Assembly (NCBI GenBank): GCA_943788195.1
Contig: CALSPH010000002.1
Coordinates: 393,054 to 457,053 of the forward strand
From: an uncultured Bacteroidia bacterium
GTDB lineage: Bacteria; Bacteroidota; Bacteroidia; NS11-12g; UBA955
Direction: 5' to 3'
Length of the DNA stretch: 64,000 nt
Numbering within the stretch: position 1 is the first letter of the stretch; each line of letters begins with the position of its first letter. A program made the translations under genes and the position numbers. The notes below the pieces were generated by a model that was not told the DNA's origin, searched no databases, and worked only from the letters and a program-made list of their open reading frames with translations. This document shows, piece after piece, positions 10,668 through 21,480 of this stretch.

Positions 10668-11669
10668 ATGAAAAGAATTTTACGAAATGTCCTGTTCTCA
10701 TCTTGCCTGGTTTTAATGGCCAATATCGCAAATGCACAGGATCCACAATTTACTCAGTTCTATGCAGCTCCAATATATACGAATCCAGCAATGGCTGGAA
10801 GTGCTGTATGTGCAAACGGAATGGCTGGAAGATTTGCAATTAACTACAGGAACCAATGGCCTTCTTTGAAAGGAACTTACCAAACGGTTAACGCAAGTTG
10901 GGACCAACATTTTGATGCGGTAGGCGGAGGATTAGGAGCTATGATAACACGTGATGTTGCTGGTTCTGGACTTTTAACCACAACTGCATTCAGCGGGGTA
11001 TATAGCTACGTCATCCCGGTTACCCGAAAGTTCTTTTTTAGAACCGGTTTACAGGCCACATTTGTAAACAAGCGATTGGATTTTTCTAAGTTGCAGTTTG
11101 CGGATCAAATTAATCCAACACAAGGTTTTGTATACCAAACCAATGAACCACTTCCTCAACAGAGTGTAACCTTCCCAAATTTTGCGGCAGGTGTTATCGG
11201 TTATTCAGCAAACTTCTATGCTGGTTTTGCCATGCATAATGTAATTGAACCCAATCAATCATTTTACGGAAGCCAAGATGGTATACTTCCGAGAAGATAT
11301 ACAGCTCATACTGGAGTTAAAATTCCGCTAGAAAAAAGAAGAAACCCAGATGCATTTATTTCTCCAAACATCCTGTTTATGATGCAACAGAACTTTACGC
11401 AGATTAACTTTGGTTTCTATGTAAATAAAGGGCCTTTAGTTTCAGGATTGTGGTTTAGACAAACTGCAGGCGAATTTGGAAACTCTGATGCAATTATTGC
11501 ATTATTAGGATTTAGAAAAGATCGATTGAAATTTGGTTATAGCTATGATATTACGGTATCATCTGCCAGACCAGCGGCACAAGGGTCTCACGAAGTTTCT
11601 TTAACAGTTGATTGGTGCTTAAAAACTGGTAAAAGACCATTTAAGCCTATCCGTTGTCCAGAATTTTAA
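10668..11669 (+). CDS. PorP/SprF-family T9SS membrane protein
   Basis: AQDPQFTQFY..P.Y.NPA.AG, NYRNQW, GYSYD and GSHEV. Confidence 0.92.
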   Translation: MKRILRNVLFSSCLVLMANIANAQDPQFTQFYAAPIYTNPAMAGSAVCANGMAGRFAINYRNQWPSLKGTYQTVNASWDQHFDAVGGGLGAMITRDVAGSGLLTTTAFSGVYSYVIPVTRKFFFRTGLQATFVNKRLDFSKLQFADQINPTQGFVYQTNEPLPQQSVTFPNFAAGVIGYSANFYAGFAMHNVIEPNQSFYGSQDGILPRRYTAHTGVKIPLEKRRNPDAFISPNILFMMQQNFTQINFGFYVNKGPLVSGLWFRQTAGEFGNSDAIIALLGFRKDRLKFGYSYDITVSSARPAAQGSHEVSLTVDWCLKTGKRPFKPIRCPEF

Positions 11670-11696
11670 GAATTAGAATAAATTGAAAATGATACG

Positions 11697-11732
11697 AAAA
11701 AGAGGATTGTTAGGTGCATTCCTCTTTTTTTT
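11697..11732 (+). terminator. Intrinsic terminator
   Basis: AAAAAGAGGA...TCCTCTTTTTTTT after the porP-like gene. Confidence 0.65.
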
Positions 11733-11981
11733 GTGCGCCAATCTTTTAAGGTATGGCTTCTGAACTGCTTATACATTTAATTCAGTTGAAGTACTGACTT
11801 AGTGTAATGCTGGTTTCGGTTTGTGGAAGCATGAATTGGGGTTTTCCTACACTCCTAACCAACCAAAGCCCAGTCGCAATTATCGCCTAATCATCTATTT
11901 ACCCTTTTAGAATCGGATTAAAAACCATTTTTTTGTCATTAAATACAATAAATTATCGATATTTGCCGTTTAAGGAAAGTA

Positions 11982-13523
11982 ATGAATCGTAGTAATATGA
12001 AAAAGTATCTTATTCCATGTTTAGCAATTGTTGCTTTGGCTGTTATGCCAGGGTGTAAAAAACAAAAGTCTTCGACCACTGGTCAAGGACTGAACAGCTC
12101 TAAGTGGGGAGGTTTTGAAAAGCATGAGTATCCAGGCCAAGAAACGGGTCCTGGTTTAGTGTTGGTTGAAGGTGGAACATTTGTGATGGGTTCACATGAG
12201 CAAAACGTTATTTTTAGTAATGACAACCTAAAGACGAGAGTGACAGTACAACCTTTTTATATGGATGAAACAGAAGTTTCAAACCATAACTATAGAGAAT
12301 ATTTATATTGGATTGGTCGAGTATTTGTTGATATGCCTGAGGTATTTAGAAACGCTCTTCCTGACACCAACGTATGGAGAAGCAAATTGGCCTACAATGA
12401 GCCTTTTGTTGAATACTACTTTAGACATCCAGCATATCAAGATTACCCTGTAGTAGGTGTAAACTGGTTGCAAGCAACAGATTACGCTGCATGGAGAACT
12501 GACCGCGTAAATGAGTATATCATGGATCGTGAGAAAATTATCAAGTATAATTCAAATGCAGAGATCAATGAGGAAAACTTTAACTCTAAAGCTTACTTGG
12601 CAGGTCAATATGATTTTGCAACGAAAGGCAGAAACCGTCATCAGAAAAGAGACTATACTAAAAAGAAGAAATTCTTAAAGAAAAAGTCTGTTCGTAATGT
12701 AACAATGGAAGATGGTATACTTTTACCAGAATACAGATTGCCTACTGAAGCTGAATGGGAATATGCAGCGATGGCCGGAATTGGTAATTCTCAATTAGAG
12801 AATATTGACCAAGGAAAAATTTACCCTTGGAATGACCTAACCGTAAGATGGACTCAAAACAACGGGGCAACTGAAAAAGTAAGAGGTTTGATTTTAGCCA
12901 ACTTTAAACGAGGAAAAGGTGATCAAGGTGGTATTGCTGGTAAACTGAATGATGCTGGTTTTATAACTACACCTGTATTCTCATACTGGCCTAATGATTA
13001 TGGACTGTATAACATGGCAGGTAATGTTTCTGAATGGACAATGGACGTTTACAGACCATTATCTTCTGCCGATGTAAACGATTTCAATTCTTTCCGTGGT
13101 AACGTTTACAAACAATTACAGTTTGACCAATTTGGTGAACTTGAACTTAAAGATTCTTTGGGACGACTTAAATATGAATTGGTTGATCCTGCTGAGAATG
13201 TAAATAGAAGAAATTACCGAGTTGCCGACAACATTGGATTTAAAGATGAGTTGAGTTACTATGAAGGAGAACAACAATATGAGTATGGAGTAACATCCTT
13301 AGTGGATAACCAAGCGCGTGTTTATAAAGGAGGTTCTTGGAATGATAGAGCTTACTGGTTAAGCCCTGGTACAAAACGTTACTTAGATGAGCAATTGGCA
13401 TTATCTACACTTGGGTTTAGATGCGCAATGATACGTTTTGGAGCTCCAATTGGAAACAGTAAAAAGAAGTTCAATACTTTGCCAAGCAGTGGCATAGGAC
13501 ACAAAAGAAAGAAAAGAAGATAA
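11982..13523 (+). CDS. gldJ: Gliding motility lipoprotein GldJ (FGE/SUMF1 domain)
   Basis: Lipobox Cys, QETGPGLVLVEGGTFVMG, RLPTEAEWEYAA and NMAGNVSEW. Adjacent to porU/porV. Confidence 0.85.
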   Translation: MNRSNMKKYLIPCLAIVALAVMPGCKKQKSSTTGQGLNSSKWGGFEKHEYPGQETGPGLVLVEGGTFVMGSHEQNVIFSNDNLKTRVTVQPFYMDETEVSNHNYREYLYWIGRVFVDMPEVFRNALPDTNVWRSKLAYNEPFVEYYFRHPAYQDYPVVGVNWLQATDYAAWRTDRVNEYIMDREKIIKYNSNAEINEENFNSKAYLAGQYDFATKGRNRHQKRDYTKKKKFLKKKSVRNVTMEDGILLPEYRLPTEAEWEYAAMAGIGNSQLENIDQGKIYPWNDLTVRWTQNNGATEKVRGLILANFKRGKGDQGGIAGKLNDAGFITTPVFSYWPNDYGLYNMAGNVSEWTMDVYRPLSSADVNDFNSFRGNVYKQLQFDQFGELELKDSLGRLKYELVDPAENVNRRNYRVADNIGFKDELSYYEGEQQYEYGVTSLVDNQARVYKGGSWNDRAYWLSPGTKRYLDEQLALSTLGFRCAMIRFGAPIGNSKKKFNTLPSSGIGHKRKKRR

Positions 13524-13542
13524 ACTTCACTTTAACCATTAT

Positions 13543-13579
13543 AAAAAAACCCATTCGTTCTTTGACGGATGGGTTTTTT
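13543..13579 (+). terminator. Intrinsic terminator
   Basis: AAAAAAACCCAT...ATGGGTTTTTT. Confidence 0.75.
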
Positions 13580-13637
13580 GTTGACTAATGTGGGTAAATC
13601 GGTATATTCAACTTAGATAAATCAGTACATTTGAATA

Positions 13638-14663
13638 GTGAATTTTCAAACTGGGATAAGTTTAAAACCATACAATACTTTTGGATTAGATACCCGCGCT
13701 AAACTACTTGTTGAGGTGACCGATCTAGAAATGCTAAAACGTGTTTTAAAATCTAAAGAAGCTAAGGAAAACCCTATCCTATTATTAGGAGGCGGTAGTA
13801 ATGTATTGCTTTGCAAAGATTTTGACGGATTGGTAATTATCAATCAAATTGAAGGATTAGAGGTGATCTCAAAAACGGATCAACATGTAGTCATTGAAAT
13901 CCTTTCAGGATCCGTTTGGCACGATACGGTTTTGCATTGTGTACAGCAGAATTGGGGCGGAATTGAGAACATGTCATTAATTCCAGGTTCGGTTGGAGCG
14001 GCACCCATGCAAAACATCGGAGCATACGGAGTGGAATTGAAAGATGTTTTCATTTCACTTAAAGCATTAAACCTTACCACACTTGAACTTGAAGAATTTG
14101 ATCACAGCGCTTGTAAGTTTGCTTATCGCGAATCAGTTTTTAAACGAAGTCTAAAAGGAGCGTACTTTATCCACAGCATTACCATTCAATTAACCGTTGG
14201 CGAGCATAAAACCAACACCAGTTATGGGGATATAGAAAATACATTGAAGGAAATGAATATCAATCCTCAAGATGCCAGTATCAAAGACATTTCTTTAGCG
14301 GTAATCCAAATTAGACAAAGCAAATTACCCGACCCCAAGGTTTTAGGTAATTCCGGTTCCTTCTTTAAAAACCCAATAATAGAAGAAGATCGTTTTAAGG
14401 CTCTTAAGGCGCGTTTTCCAGATATTAAAGGATATCCAGTACCAACAGGCGTAAAAGTGCCTGCTGGATGGCTCATTGAAAGCCTGGGATGGAAAGGCAA
14501 ACGGGTTGGGAATACAGGCAGCCATGCCAAACAAGCGCTTGTGCTGGTAAACTATGGAGAAGCAAAAGGGTCAGAAATCAAGTCTTTGGCAATGGAAATT
14601 ATTTCCAGTGTTGCAGCAACCTACCAAATTGACCTGACACCCGAAGTAAATATTATTGAATAG
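13638..14663 (+). CDS. murB: UDP-N-acetylenolpyruvoylglucosamine reductase
   Basis: LGGGSNVL, IPGSVGAAPMQNIGAYG, GNSGSFFKNP and ALVLVN. Confidence 0.95.
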   Translation: MNFQTGISLKPYNTFGLDTRAKLLVEVTDLEMLKRVLKSKEAKENPILLLGGGSNVLLCKDFDGLVIINQIEGLEVISKTDQHVVIEILSGSVWHDTVLHCVQQNWGGIENMSLIPGSVGAAPMQNIGAYGVELKDVFISLKALNLTTLELEEFDHSACKFAYRESVFKRSLKGAYFIHSITIQLTVGEHKTNTSYGDIENTLKEMNINPQDASIKDISLAVIQIRQSKLPDPKVLGNSGSFFKNPIIEEDRFKALKARFPDIKGYPVPTGVKVPAGWLIESLGWKGKRVGNTGSHAKQALVLVNYGEAKGSEIKSLAMEIISSVAATYQIDLTPEVNIIE

Positions 14664-14665
14664 CC

Positions 14666-15421
14666 TTATTTATGGGCAATAATGAACCGGTCATTTCCAC
14701 TCATGTCTTGCAGCATTTCTGCTTGGTAATCGACAAATAGCGCCAAGGTTTCTTTGCCCAATTCTTGGTTTATTTCAACTGCAACTGTACCCCCGGCACG
14801 TAAATGTTCGCTGGCAAAAGAAAGCACCGCCCTATAAAATTTCAAGGCATCATCTGGTGAAAATAATGCCATGTGAGGTTCATATTGCTGCACTGTTTCG
14901 TCCAACTGTTCCGAAGCTTCAATATAAGGCGGGTTACTCACTATCAAATCATAGTCCGAATATGTTTGTGTTGGATTCAACATATCATCGTGTTTGAATT
15001 CTATGTCTAAATCAAGCTTCTGTGCATTCTTTTTTGCAACGTCTAAAGCTTCCGAACTTAAATCTACTCCTAAAATTTTTACTTGAGGCAAGCCTTTCTT
15101 TAAGGCAAGCGCTATGCACCCACTACCTGTGCCAAGGTCAATTACAGAGTTACTCGGCACATGTTTAATAAGATAATCTACAAGCTCTTCAGTTTCAGGT
15201 CGAGGAATCAATACATGTTCGTTTACACTAAGTTCCATGCCATAGAACCAAGATTGATTGATTACATACTGATAGGGCTCACCCTGATTTATTCTATGTA
15301 ATATTTTGCTTTTTGCTGAATCGTCCAATTCATTTTTAACATTAAATTCATTCAAAATTGTGCATAAATGTTCCTTCTCCGAAGAGGTATACCTATACGT
15401 AATTTGATCTGGACTGAACAT
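14666..15421 (-). CDS. prmC: Release factor glutamine methyltransferase
   Basis: VLIPRPETEELV, DLGTGSGCIA and VSNPPYI. Confidence 0.93.
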   Translation of the reverse strand: MFSPDQITYRYTSSEKEHLCTILNEFNVKNELDDSAKSKILHRINQGEPYQYVINQSWFYGMELSVNEHVLIPRPETEELVDYLIKHVPSNSVIDLGTGSGCIALALKKGLPQVKILGVDLSSEALDVAKKNAQKLDLDIEFKHDDMLNPTQTYSDYDLIVSNPPYIEASEQLDETVQQYEPHMALFSPDDALKFYRAVLSFASEHLRAGGTVAVEINQELGKETLALFVDYQAEMLQDMSGNDRFIIAHK

Positions 15422-15480
15422 TGAATTGCAAACATACTTAAGTAAATCAAATTGAATAAATATATCTTAATATTGCATAC

Positions 15481-16503
15481 TTGACGGATGCAATTTACAT
15501 GAAAAGATGCCTGGAATTGGCTAAACTTGGTTTGGGTAGAACCAAAACGAATCCACTGGTAGGCTGCGTTATTGTACATCAAAACAACATAATAGCAGAA
15601 GGGTATCACAGTGCCTTTGGAAAGCCGCATGCAGAAGTTGAAGCATTTAACAAGGTCAAGGACAAAAGCATTCTAAAAGAATGTGCGGTATATGTTAACT
15701 TAGAACCTTGTTCGTTTGTAGGAAAAACGCCCGCTTGCGCTGCACTTTTTGAAGCTAATCCATGCAAAAGACTGATTGTAGGCATGCTAGACCCAAATCC
15801 AAGAGTTGCGGGAAAAGGAATTGAGCGCTTACGAAAAGCAGGAATTGAAACAACCCTTTCTGTCCTTGAAGAACAATGTCAGCATTTAAACAAGGCCTTT
15901 ATTAAAAGTATACATGCGCAACAGCCTTATGTGATTGCTAAGTGGGCACAGAGCGATGATGGTTTTATTGGTAGCACCAATGAACGGGTCATGATCAGTA
16001 ACGATTTGGTAAATACCGTTTCACAGAAATGGCGTGCCGAGATTGATGCATATCTAATTGGGAATAATACCCTTCGCATTGATCAACCCCGTTTGGACCT
16101 TAGGGAGTTTCAAGGCAATCAACCCTTGCGTTGTATCCTTGGGAATTCAATTGATTTAAACAATCCATTTTTCGAAAACGAGACTCCTGGCATTTTATTT
16201 ACCCATCAGCACCCCAATCAATTACCTTCTCATTTTAAGGCTAAAGACATCTCCAACCCTTTAGGAATTTTAAAATACCTGTATCAAGAAAACGTAGGCA
16301 CCTTGATGATTGAAGGAGGAAGACAAACCATACAAAGCTTTCTGCATCTAGATTTAGTTGATGAATTGAGGATAATTACAAATCACGCTTTAAAACTTCA
16401 GCAAGGGATTTCCGCTCCAGAATTACCAGATGATCTATTTTTTCTTGAAGCTCAAGAGTTTTACCGTGATAATAGCATAAATTATTTCCAAAGGATACCA
16501 TGA
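15481..16503 (+). CDS. ribD: Riboflavin biosynthesis deaminase/reductase
   Basis: NPLVGCVIV, HAEV, LEPC..GKTPAC and IEGG. Confidence 0.93.
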   Translation: MTDAIYMKRCLELAKLGLGRTKTNPLVGCVIVHQNNIIAEGYHSAFGKPHAEVEAFNKVKDKSILKECAVYVNLEPCSFVGKTPACAALFEANPCKRLIVGMLDPNPRVAGKGIERLRKAGIETTLSVLEEQCQHLNKAFIKSIHAQQPYVIAKWAQSDDGFIGSTNERVMISNDLVNTVSQKWRAEIDAYLIGNNTLRIDQPRLDLREFQGNQPLRCILGNSIDLNNPFFENETPGILFTHQHPNQLPSHFKAKDISNPLGILKYLYQENVGTLMIEGGRQTIQSFLHLDLVDELRIITNHALKLQQGISAPELPDDLFFLEAQEFYRDNSINYFQRIP

Positions 16504-17360
16504 CCTTTCTAAGTCTATCGATATTATGTTCTTCATTCATAAATTGGATATTTAGAAGATTTAAGCGAGCTGAAGTCAATACGTTTCATGCTATTGTAAT
16601 CAATTATTTAACCTGTTCAGTGGTTGGTCAAGCACTCGGGAGAACATTTATTTTTTCATCTGAACAGCAACAAACATCCTATTTTTGGTTCGCGTTAATA
16701 CTTGGATTCCTCTTTGTAGGAGTATTTTTTTGTATGGCCAAAACAACAGAAATTTTCGGAGTGGCATCCAACGCGGTTTCATCAAAAATGGCCTTTATTT
16801 TTCCTGCCCTATTTTACTTTTTCTGGCTAAATGAAGAGATCAGTTGGCTTAAGTGGATCGGTCTAGGCTTGGCTTTGCTTGCGGTTCTCGCAATCAACAA
16901 GCGAAGTAAAAAATCAGAAAACATAGATGGCCCTATCTTCTTTCCCATTTTAGTTTTCATCGGCTCAGGTATTATTGATGGCTGCATGAAATGGATAGAC
17001 CTCACATACTTAAATGGGTCTTCACCACTCATGGCTACCACAACCATATTTACCGGTGCATTTTTAGTTGGGTTGGTTATACTTATCATTAAACGGGATT
17101 TCCATATTAAAAAGAAAGACTGGATTGCAGGTTTCTTATTAGGTGTTCCCAATTATTTCTCCATTTATTTTTTAATCTTGGCTTTGCAGCAACTCACTGG
17201 ACAAAGTACGGGAGCCATTTTTGCCGTAAACAATGTTGGTGTAATTCTAGTTTCCACCCTAGGAAGTATTCTTTTCTTTAAAGATAAACTCAATAAAATG
17301 CAAACCATTGGCCTTACATTAAGCATCGTATCCATACTAATTATTACCCTTGCTATTTGA
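16500..17360 (+). CDS. EamA/DMT-family transporter
   Basis: About ten hydrophobic helices with the INYL and LGVPNYFSIYFL motifs. Confidence 0.75.
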   Translation: MTFLSLSILCSSFINWIFRRFKRAEVNTFHAIVINYLTCSVVGQALGRTFIFSSEQQQTSYFWFALILGFLFVGVFFCMAKTTEIFGVASNAVSSKMAFIFPALFYFFWLNEEISWLKWIGLGLALLAVLAINKRSKKSENIDGPIFFPILVFIGSGIIDGCMKWIDLTYLNGSSPLMATTTIFTGAFLVGLVILIIKRDFHIKKKDWIAGFLLGVPNYFSIYFLILALQQLTGQSTGAIFAVNNVGVILVSTLGSILFFKDKLNKMQTIGLTLSIVSILIITLAI

Positions 17361-17967
17361 CCATTCCTATAGAACCATTCAAGCAAATGCACGGTCTGAG
17401 TTTAAAGACCGTGGCAGTAAATTTTATGGATATGCCCTTAAAACCAATAGCAAAAAAGAATTTGATGCCTGGTTAAAGAAAATCAAAAATAAATATGCTG
17501 ATGCTACTCATCATTGCTATGCATATGTACTTCACCCTGATAAAAGCGAAATGTATTCGTCTGATGATGGTGAACCTGCCAATTCTGCGGGTAAACCGAT
17601 CCTGAGGGCCATTCAAGGAATTGATGCAACGCAGGTATCTGTTATTGTTGTACGCTATTATGGTGGTGTTAATTTAGGAATTCCAGGTCTGATTAATGCC
17701 TATGGAATGGCCGCAAAGCTTGCACTAGAAAAGGCTATAGTTATTACGAAAGACATTGAAGAAATCTATTCCGCTAAATGTCCATTTGGTGAAGAACAAC
17801 AGTGGTATGGATTGCTCAATAATAGTTTAATTGAAATTGTACATCAGGAAACAGACTCAGATAGCTATATCGCTACATTTTCTTGTCCCAAAGGTCGTTC
17901 TGAAGAATTGCAAGAATTGCTGGGCAATTTATTCCATATCCAAGTAAAATTTCTACACTTTACGTAG
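17350..17967 (+). CDS. YigZ/IMPACT-family protein
   Basis: DRGSKF, DATHHCYAY, DDGEP..SAGKPIL and VVRYYGG..LG. Confidence 0.92.
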   Translation: MLFDHSYRTIQANARSEFKDRGSKFYGYALKTNSKKEFDAWLKKIKNKYADATHHCYAYVLHPDKSEMYSSDDGEPANSAGKPILRAIQGIDATQVSVIVVRYYGGVNLGIPGLINAYGMAAKLALEKAIVITKDIEEIYSAKCPFGEEQQWYGLLNNSLIEIVHQETDSDSYIATFSCPKGRSEELQELLGNLFHIQVKFLHFT

Positions 17968-19048
17968 TTTTTCTTTTCCAATCTGATCTGAAAAAAGGAA
18001 GTAAAAAAGGGTAGATTAATTGAAAGAGTTGATATTGTAAAATCATTACAAACGAAACGCAATTTCTAAATCCTTGTTTTAAACTAACGATATTATAATA
18101 GTCGACCAATGCTTTGGCAACAAGCAATCCAAATGCAAGGCCCCATTCTCCCGAAACAAGTAACAGAATAAAGCATACTAAGATGAACAGGTTGACCCCT
18201 GCAACAAGGAAAGGAATGATATTCGCAAAAGCTAAATCATACTTACCCGTTTTATTTGCCCATCTTTTTCGTTGCCGCATGAACTTTCCAAATTGTTTAT
18301 GTGGAGCCGTATATACCACCGCCTCTTCATCCAGACAATACCCGATCTTGGTGGGATCCTTTTTCCACAATGCATGCATTAAGAAAATATCATCCCCTCC
18401 TAAAATGGCTTTTTTGCCTTCATACCCGCCCACTTCTTTCCATCCATCCTTGTTAAAAACCAGATTGGCCCCATTGCACATTACTGGCATTTTTAGTCGG
18501 AACAATCCCATACCGCTTGCCATCAGTGCACGACTTTCCATCCATTGATACATACCCAACCAATGATCGTTTGAAATGTATTCTACCAAGCCAAACGTAA
18601 AAATATTGTCATTAGACACATGTGTACCAATCAGCTTATTCAGCCAGTTGGGGTGCATGAGACAATCAGCATCTGTAGATACGATAATATTGTTGCGAGC
18701 ATGATTTATCCCCTCTGTTAAAGCAATCTTTTTTCCAGGTTTATTGGTATTAGGTATACATTTAACATGGGGTAGTTTTTTTGTTAGAGTACGCAAAAGT
18801 GTGGCACTAGAGTCTGTGCTGAAATCGTCTACAAAAATAATTTCATCCGGTTGAATAGCTGATTCTTGAAGCGAATCTATTAACCTAGGCAAAGCATCCT
18901 CCTCATTATAATAAGGCACAATGATAGAAAAATTATCTTTCCCGTCCCATTCAATTGGTGCTATCTCCTTTGCAAAACGATTTGCCCAAATAATGGGTAG
19001 GTAAAATAACGCATATGCTAAAAATGATATATATGCTAGGATTTCCAT
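17960..19048 (-). CDS. GT2 glycosyltransferase
   Basis: VDDFSTD, TDADC, CNGANL, GDD and QRKRW motifs. Confidence 0.9.
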   Translation of the reverse strand: MEILAYISFLAYALFYLPIIWANRFAKEIAPIEWDGKDNFSIIVPYYNEEDALPRLIDSLQESAIQPDEIIFVDDFSTDSSATLLRTLTKKLPHVKCIPNTNKPGKKIALTEGINHARNNIIVSTDADCLMHPNWLNKLIGTHVSNDNIFTFGLVEYISNDHWLGMYQWMESRALMASGMGLFRLKMPVMCNGANLVFNKDGWKEVGGYEGKKAILGGDDIFLMHALWKKDPTKIGYCLDEEAVVYTAPHKQFGKFMRQRKRWANKTGKYDLAFANIIPFLVAGVNLFILVCFILLLVSGEWGLAFGLLVAKALVDYYNIVSLKQGFRNCVSFVMILQYQLFQLIYPFLLPFFRSDWKRKTT

Positions 19049-19908
19049 TTTTTAAGAAAAAATACACCCATCAAAGCAGGCAATAAAATATTTATAAAAT
19101 ATATGATTGAAATTGGCACAATAACGAGCGCACTGTCAAAGAAGTAACTTGCCAAAACCAGTCGCAACCCAATTTCAGATAAAAAGAATGTAGGTACTAT
19201 GGTTTGCACTAATAGGAATACTGGGATAATAATTATTGCTTCTTGCAGACCGGCAATCTGACATGCCCAAAGTAATAACGCATACTGCATAACAAAGACG
19301 CCATAACGCAATACCGATAAGCCAAAAGGCTTGGTAAACTGCCTGGAATCATCCCTTGCATTTGATTGTAAGTTAATTCGCTTCAACAAGGATCTAACCC
19401 AGATAGGCAATAATCGAATGGCCATTACAATTAGAATAATACCCACTACACCAATTGCAAAAGCAGTATAAATATTAAGTGATAAGAGCTTCTCTATAAC
19501 GGGAATAGCAAAAACTGAACAAACCATTCCAACCAGTAGCGTTACCAATAACTGAAGCAAACCTGACCTCATGCTACTGATAATCACCCTACTCCAATTC
19601 TTCTTTTCAAAATAAAGGATACGACCTAAATACTCTCCGGAACGAAATGGCATAAATAAACTGATGGCAGAACCCGATAAAAACGCTTTGGTATGATGCC
19701 AAATCCCATAAGCTGGGAGGTGCAATAAACCCTTCCATTTTATAATTTCGAGAGCATAATTCACAACCGTAAGTAACAGGGCCAGGCTAATGCCAATAAC
19801 AAATCTGCCCTTGGTTATCAAAGATTGAATTGCCAATTGTTCTGGTTTGATTTCTTGATATTTCTGTTGCAACAAAAAACCAATCCCCAGAAGAAGTAAG
19901 ATTTGCAA
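19036..19908 (-). CDS. Lysylphosphatidylglycerol-synthase-TM/flippase-like membrane protein
   Basis: NYALEIIKW, PFRSGEYLGR and EIGLR motifs; multi-TM. Confidence 0.7.
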   Translation of the reverse strand: MQILLLLGIGFLLQQKYQEIKPEQLAIQSLITKGRFVIGISLALLLTVVNYALEIIKWKGLLHLPAYGIWHHTKAFLSGSAISLFMPFRSGEYLGRILYFEKKNWSRVIISSMRSGLLQLLVTLLVGMVCSVFAIPVIEKLLSLNIYTAFAIGVVGIILIVMAIRLLPIWVRSLLKRINLQSNARDDSRQFTKPFGLSVLRYGVFVMQYALLLWACQIAGLQEAIIIIPVFLLVQTIVPTFFLSEIGLRLVLASYFFDSALVIVPISIIYFINILLPALMGVFFLKKWKS

Positions 19909-19968
19909 GCTAACAAAAGCAAGGGTTTGGTATCTTTTACTTATGTGTTTAATTACCTTTGTTCTTTA

Positions 19969-20553
19969 GTGGGATACGACAAATCAAAATATGATAAGAT
20001 TATTCTAGGTATCGATCCGGGCACAAATATAATGGGATATGGCTTAATAGGCATTATTGGAAGTAAAACAGAATTAATAAGCATAGGAATCATTAAACTC
20101 AGTCAATTTGATAACCATGCCCTTAAATTGAAACATATATTTGATCGAGTTACCAGTATCATCGTTCAATATGTACCCGATGAAGTAGCACTAGAGGCAC
20201 CATTTTTTGGTAAAAATGTCCAAAGTATGTTGAAACTAGGAAGAGCACAAGGGGTTGCAATTGCCGCTTCATTAGCCAAGGATCTGCCTGTATTTGAGTA
20301 TAGCCCACGCAAAATAAAGCAAAGCGTTACGGGTAAAGGCACAGCAACCAAAGAACAAGTTGCTGGAATGCTTAAACAGATCTTTAAATTTGATGCCATG
20401 CCCCAAAATTTAGATGCTACGGATGCCTTAGGAGCTGCATTATGCCATTTCAATCAGTTTAGCCCGAAAGGTTTTGGTGTTAATAAAGGGAAAAACAACT
20501 GGGCTAGTTTTATAAAAGAGAATCCAAAAAAACTGGGTGGCAAAAAAAAATAA
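19969..20553 (+). CDS. ruvC: Holliday junction resolvase RuvC
   Basis: ILGIDPG, EAPFFGKNVQSMLKLGRAQG and DATDAL. Probable GTG start at 19969. Confidence 0.95.
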   Translation: MGYDKSKYDKIILGIDPGTNIMGYGLIGIIGSKTELISIGIIKLSQFDNHALKLKHIFDRVTSIIVQYVPDEVALEAPFFGKNVQSMLKLGRAQGVAIAASLAKDLPVFEYSPRKIKQSVTGKGTATKEQVAGMLKQIFKFDAMPQNLDATDALGAALCHFNQFSPKGFGVNKGKNNWASFIKENPKKLGGKKK

Positions 20554-20585
20554 AATAAATCAACTATAGGCAGCGTTGTTAATAT

Positions 20586-21476
20586 ATGAACAATCGTTTT
20601 ATTAAAAATAGCCTTAAACTTTTACTACCCTTTTTAATCCTCTTCTTTTCGTACAGCTTTGTGCTCAAGTCGAATAGACTTGCTACCATCCTATTGAGTG
20701 AAGTTGCAGATCAACCCAATATTACTACTCGGATAAAATCCATTGGTGGCCATTCTGGAAAATGCGTTGAGTTAAAAATCACCTCCAAAAAAGATTTTAA
20801 ATTAAAAATCCCAGCCGGAACGCTATACTATCCAGCTGATGAGGGCGAACAAACCTTGGTGGCTCCAATTGCAATGACTTACATAATAAAGAAAAATGTA
20901 CCTCGAACTATTAAAATCGATGGATATTGTACAGAATCATCGGATCGAAGCCCAAAATCGGAAGGTATTTTTAGCTTAGGATTAACTCAGGACACCGCAC
21001 TTCAAACGCTGGTTGATTTTATTAGTAAATATAAGATTCAAGATAAAGGTGCCATACAAGAAGCCGTTTGGTGCGTTACCGATGATGAATCCATTGCCAA
21101 TGTACATTTAGGCGACCCTGCCCAGAACAAAGCCTTAAGGAGTTTACTCGCGAAAGTAACCCGCAAGGAAATCCCTTGGCACAGTGCATCAAGAGAAATT
21201 GAAACTGATGAGGCTGGTAACATCAGCACACGCACAACCACGGTATTTGGAAATATCAGTTTCGCAAACCCAAAGCCAAGAACCATACAAAGCAAGGTGG
21301 TAAATGCAGAAGGAGTTACTAAATTCACGAATGGGAAGAGCCACACCATTCCTATTGCAGATAATGTTAAATTAAATTTCGAAGTAAGTGTGAGCGGTTG
21401 GAAAAAAGGAAATTATAGTGTGATTTATTACGACACCGAAGGGGTTGAAATTCTTAAAAAAGAATTCGTAATATAA
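20586..21476 (+). CDS. Hypothetical exported protein
   Basis: 296-aa ORF with an N-terminal hydrophobic segment and GYC...P / IQEAVW motifs. Confidence 0.65.
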   Translation: MNNRFIKNSLKLLLPFLILFFSYSFVLKSNRLATILLSEVADQPNITTRIKSIGGHSGKCVELKITSKKDFKLKIPAGTLYYPADEGEQTLVAPIAMTYIIKKNVPRTIKIDGYCTESSDRSPKSEGIFSLGLTQDTALQTLVDFISKYKIQDKGAIQEAVWCVTDDESIANVHLGDPAQNKALRSLLAKVTRKEIPWHSASREIETDEAGNISTRTTTVFGNISFANPKPRTIQSKVVNAEGVTKFTNGKSHTIPIADNVKLNFEVSVSGWKKGNYSVIYYDTEGVEILKKEFVI

Positions 21477-21480
21477 ACAA

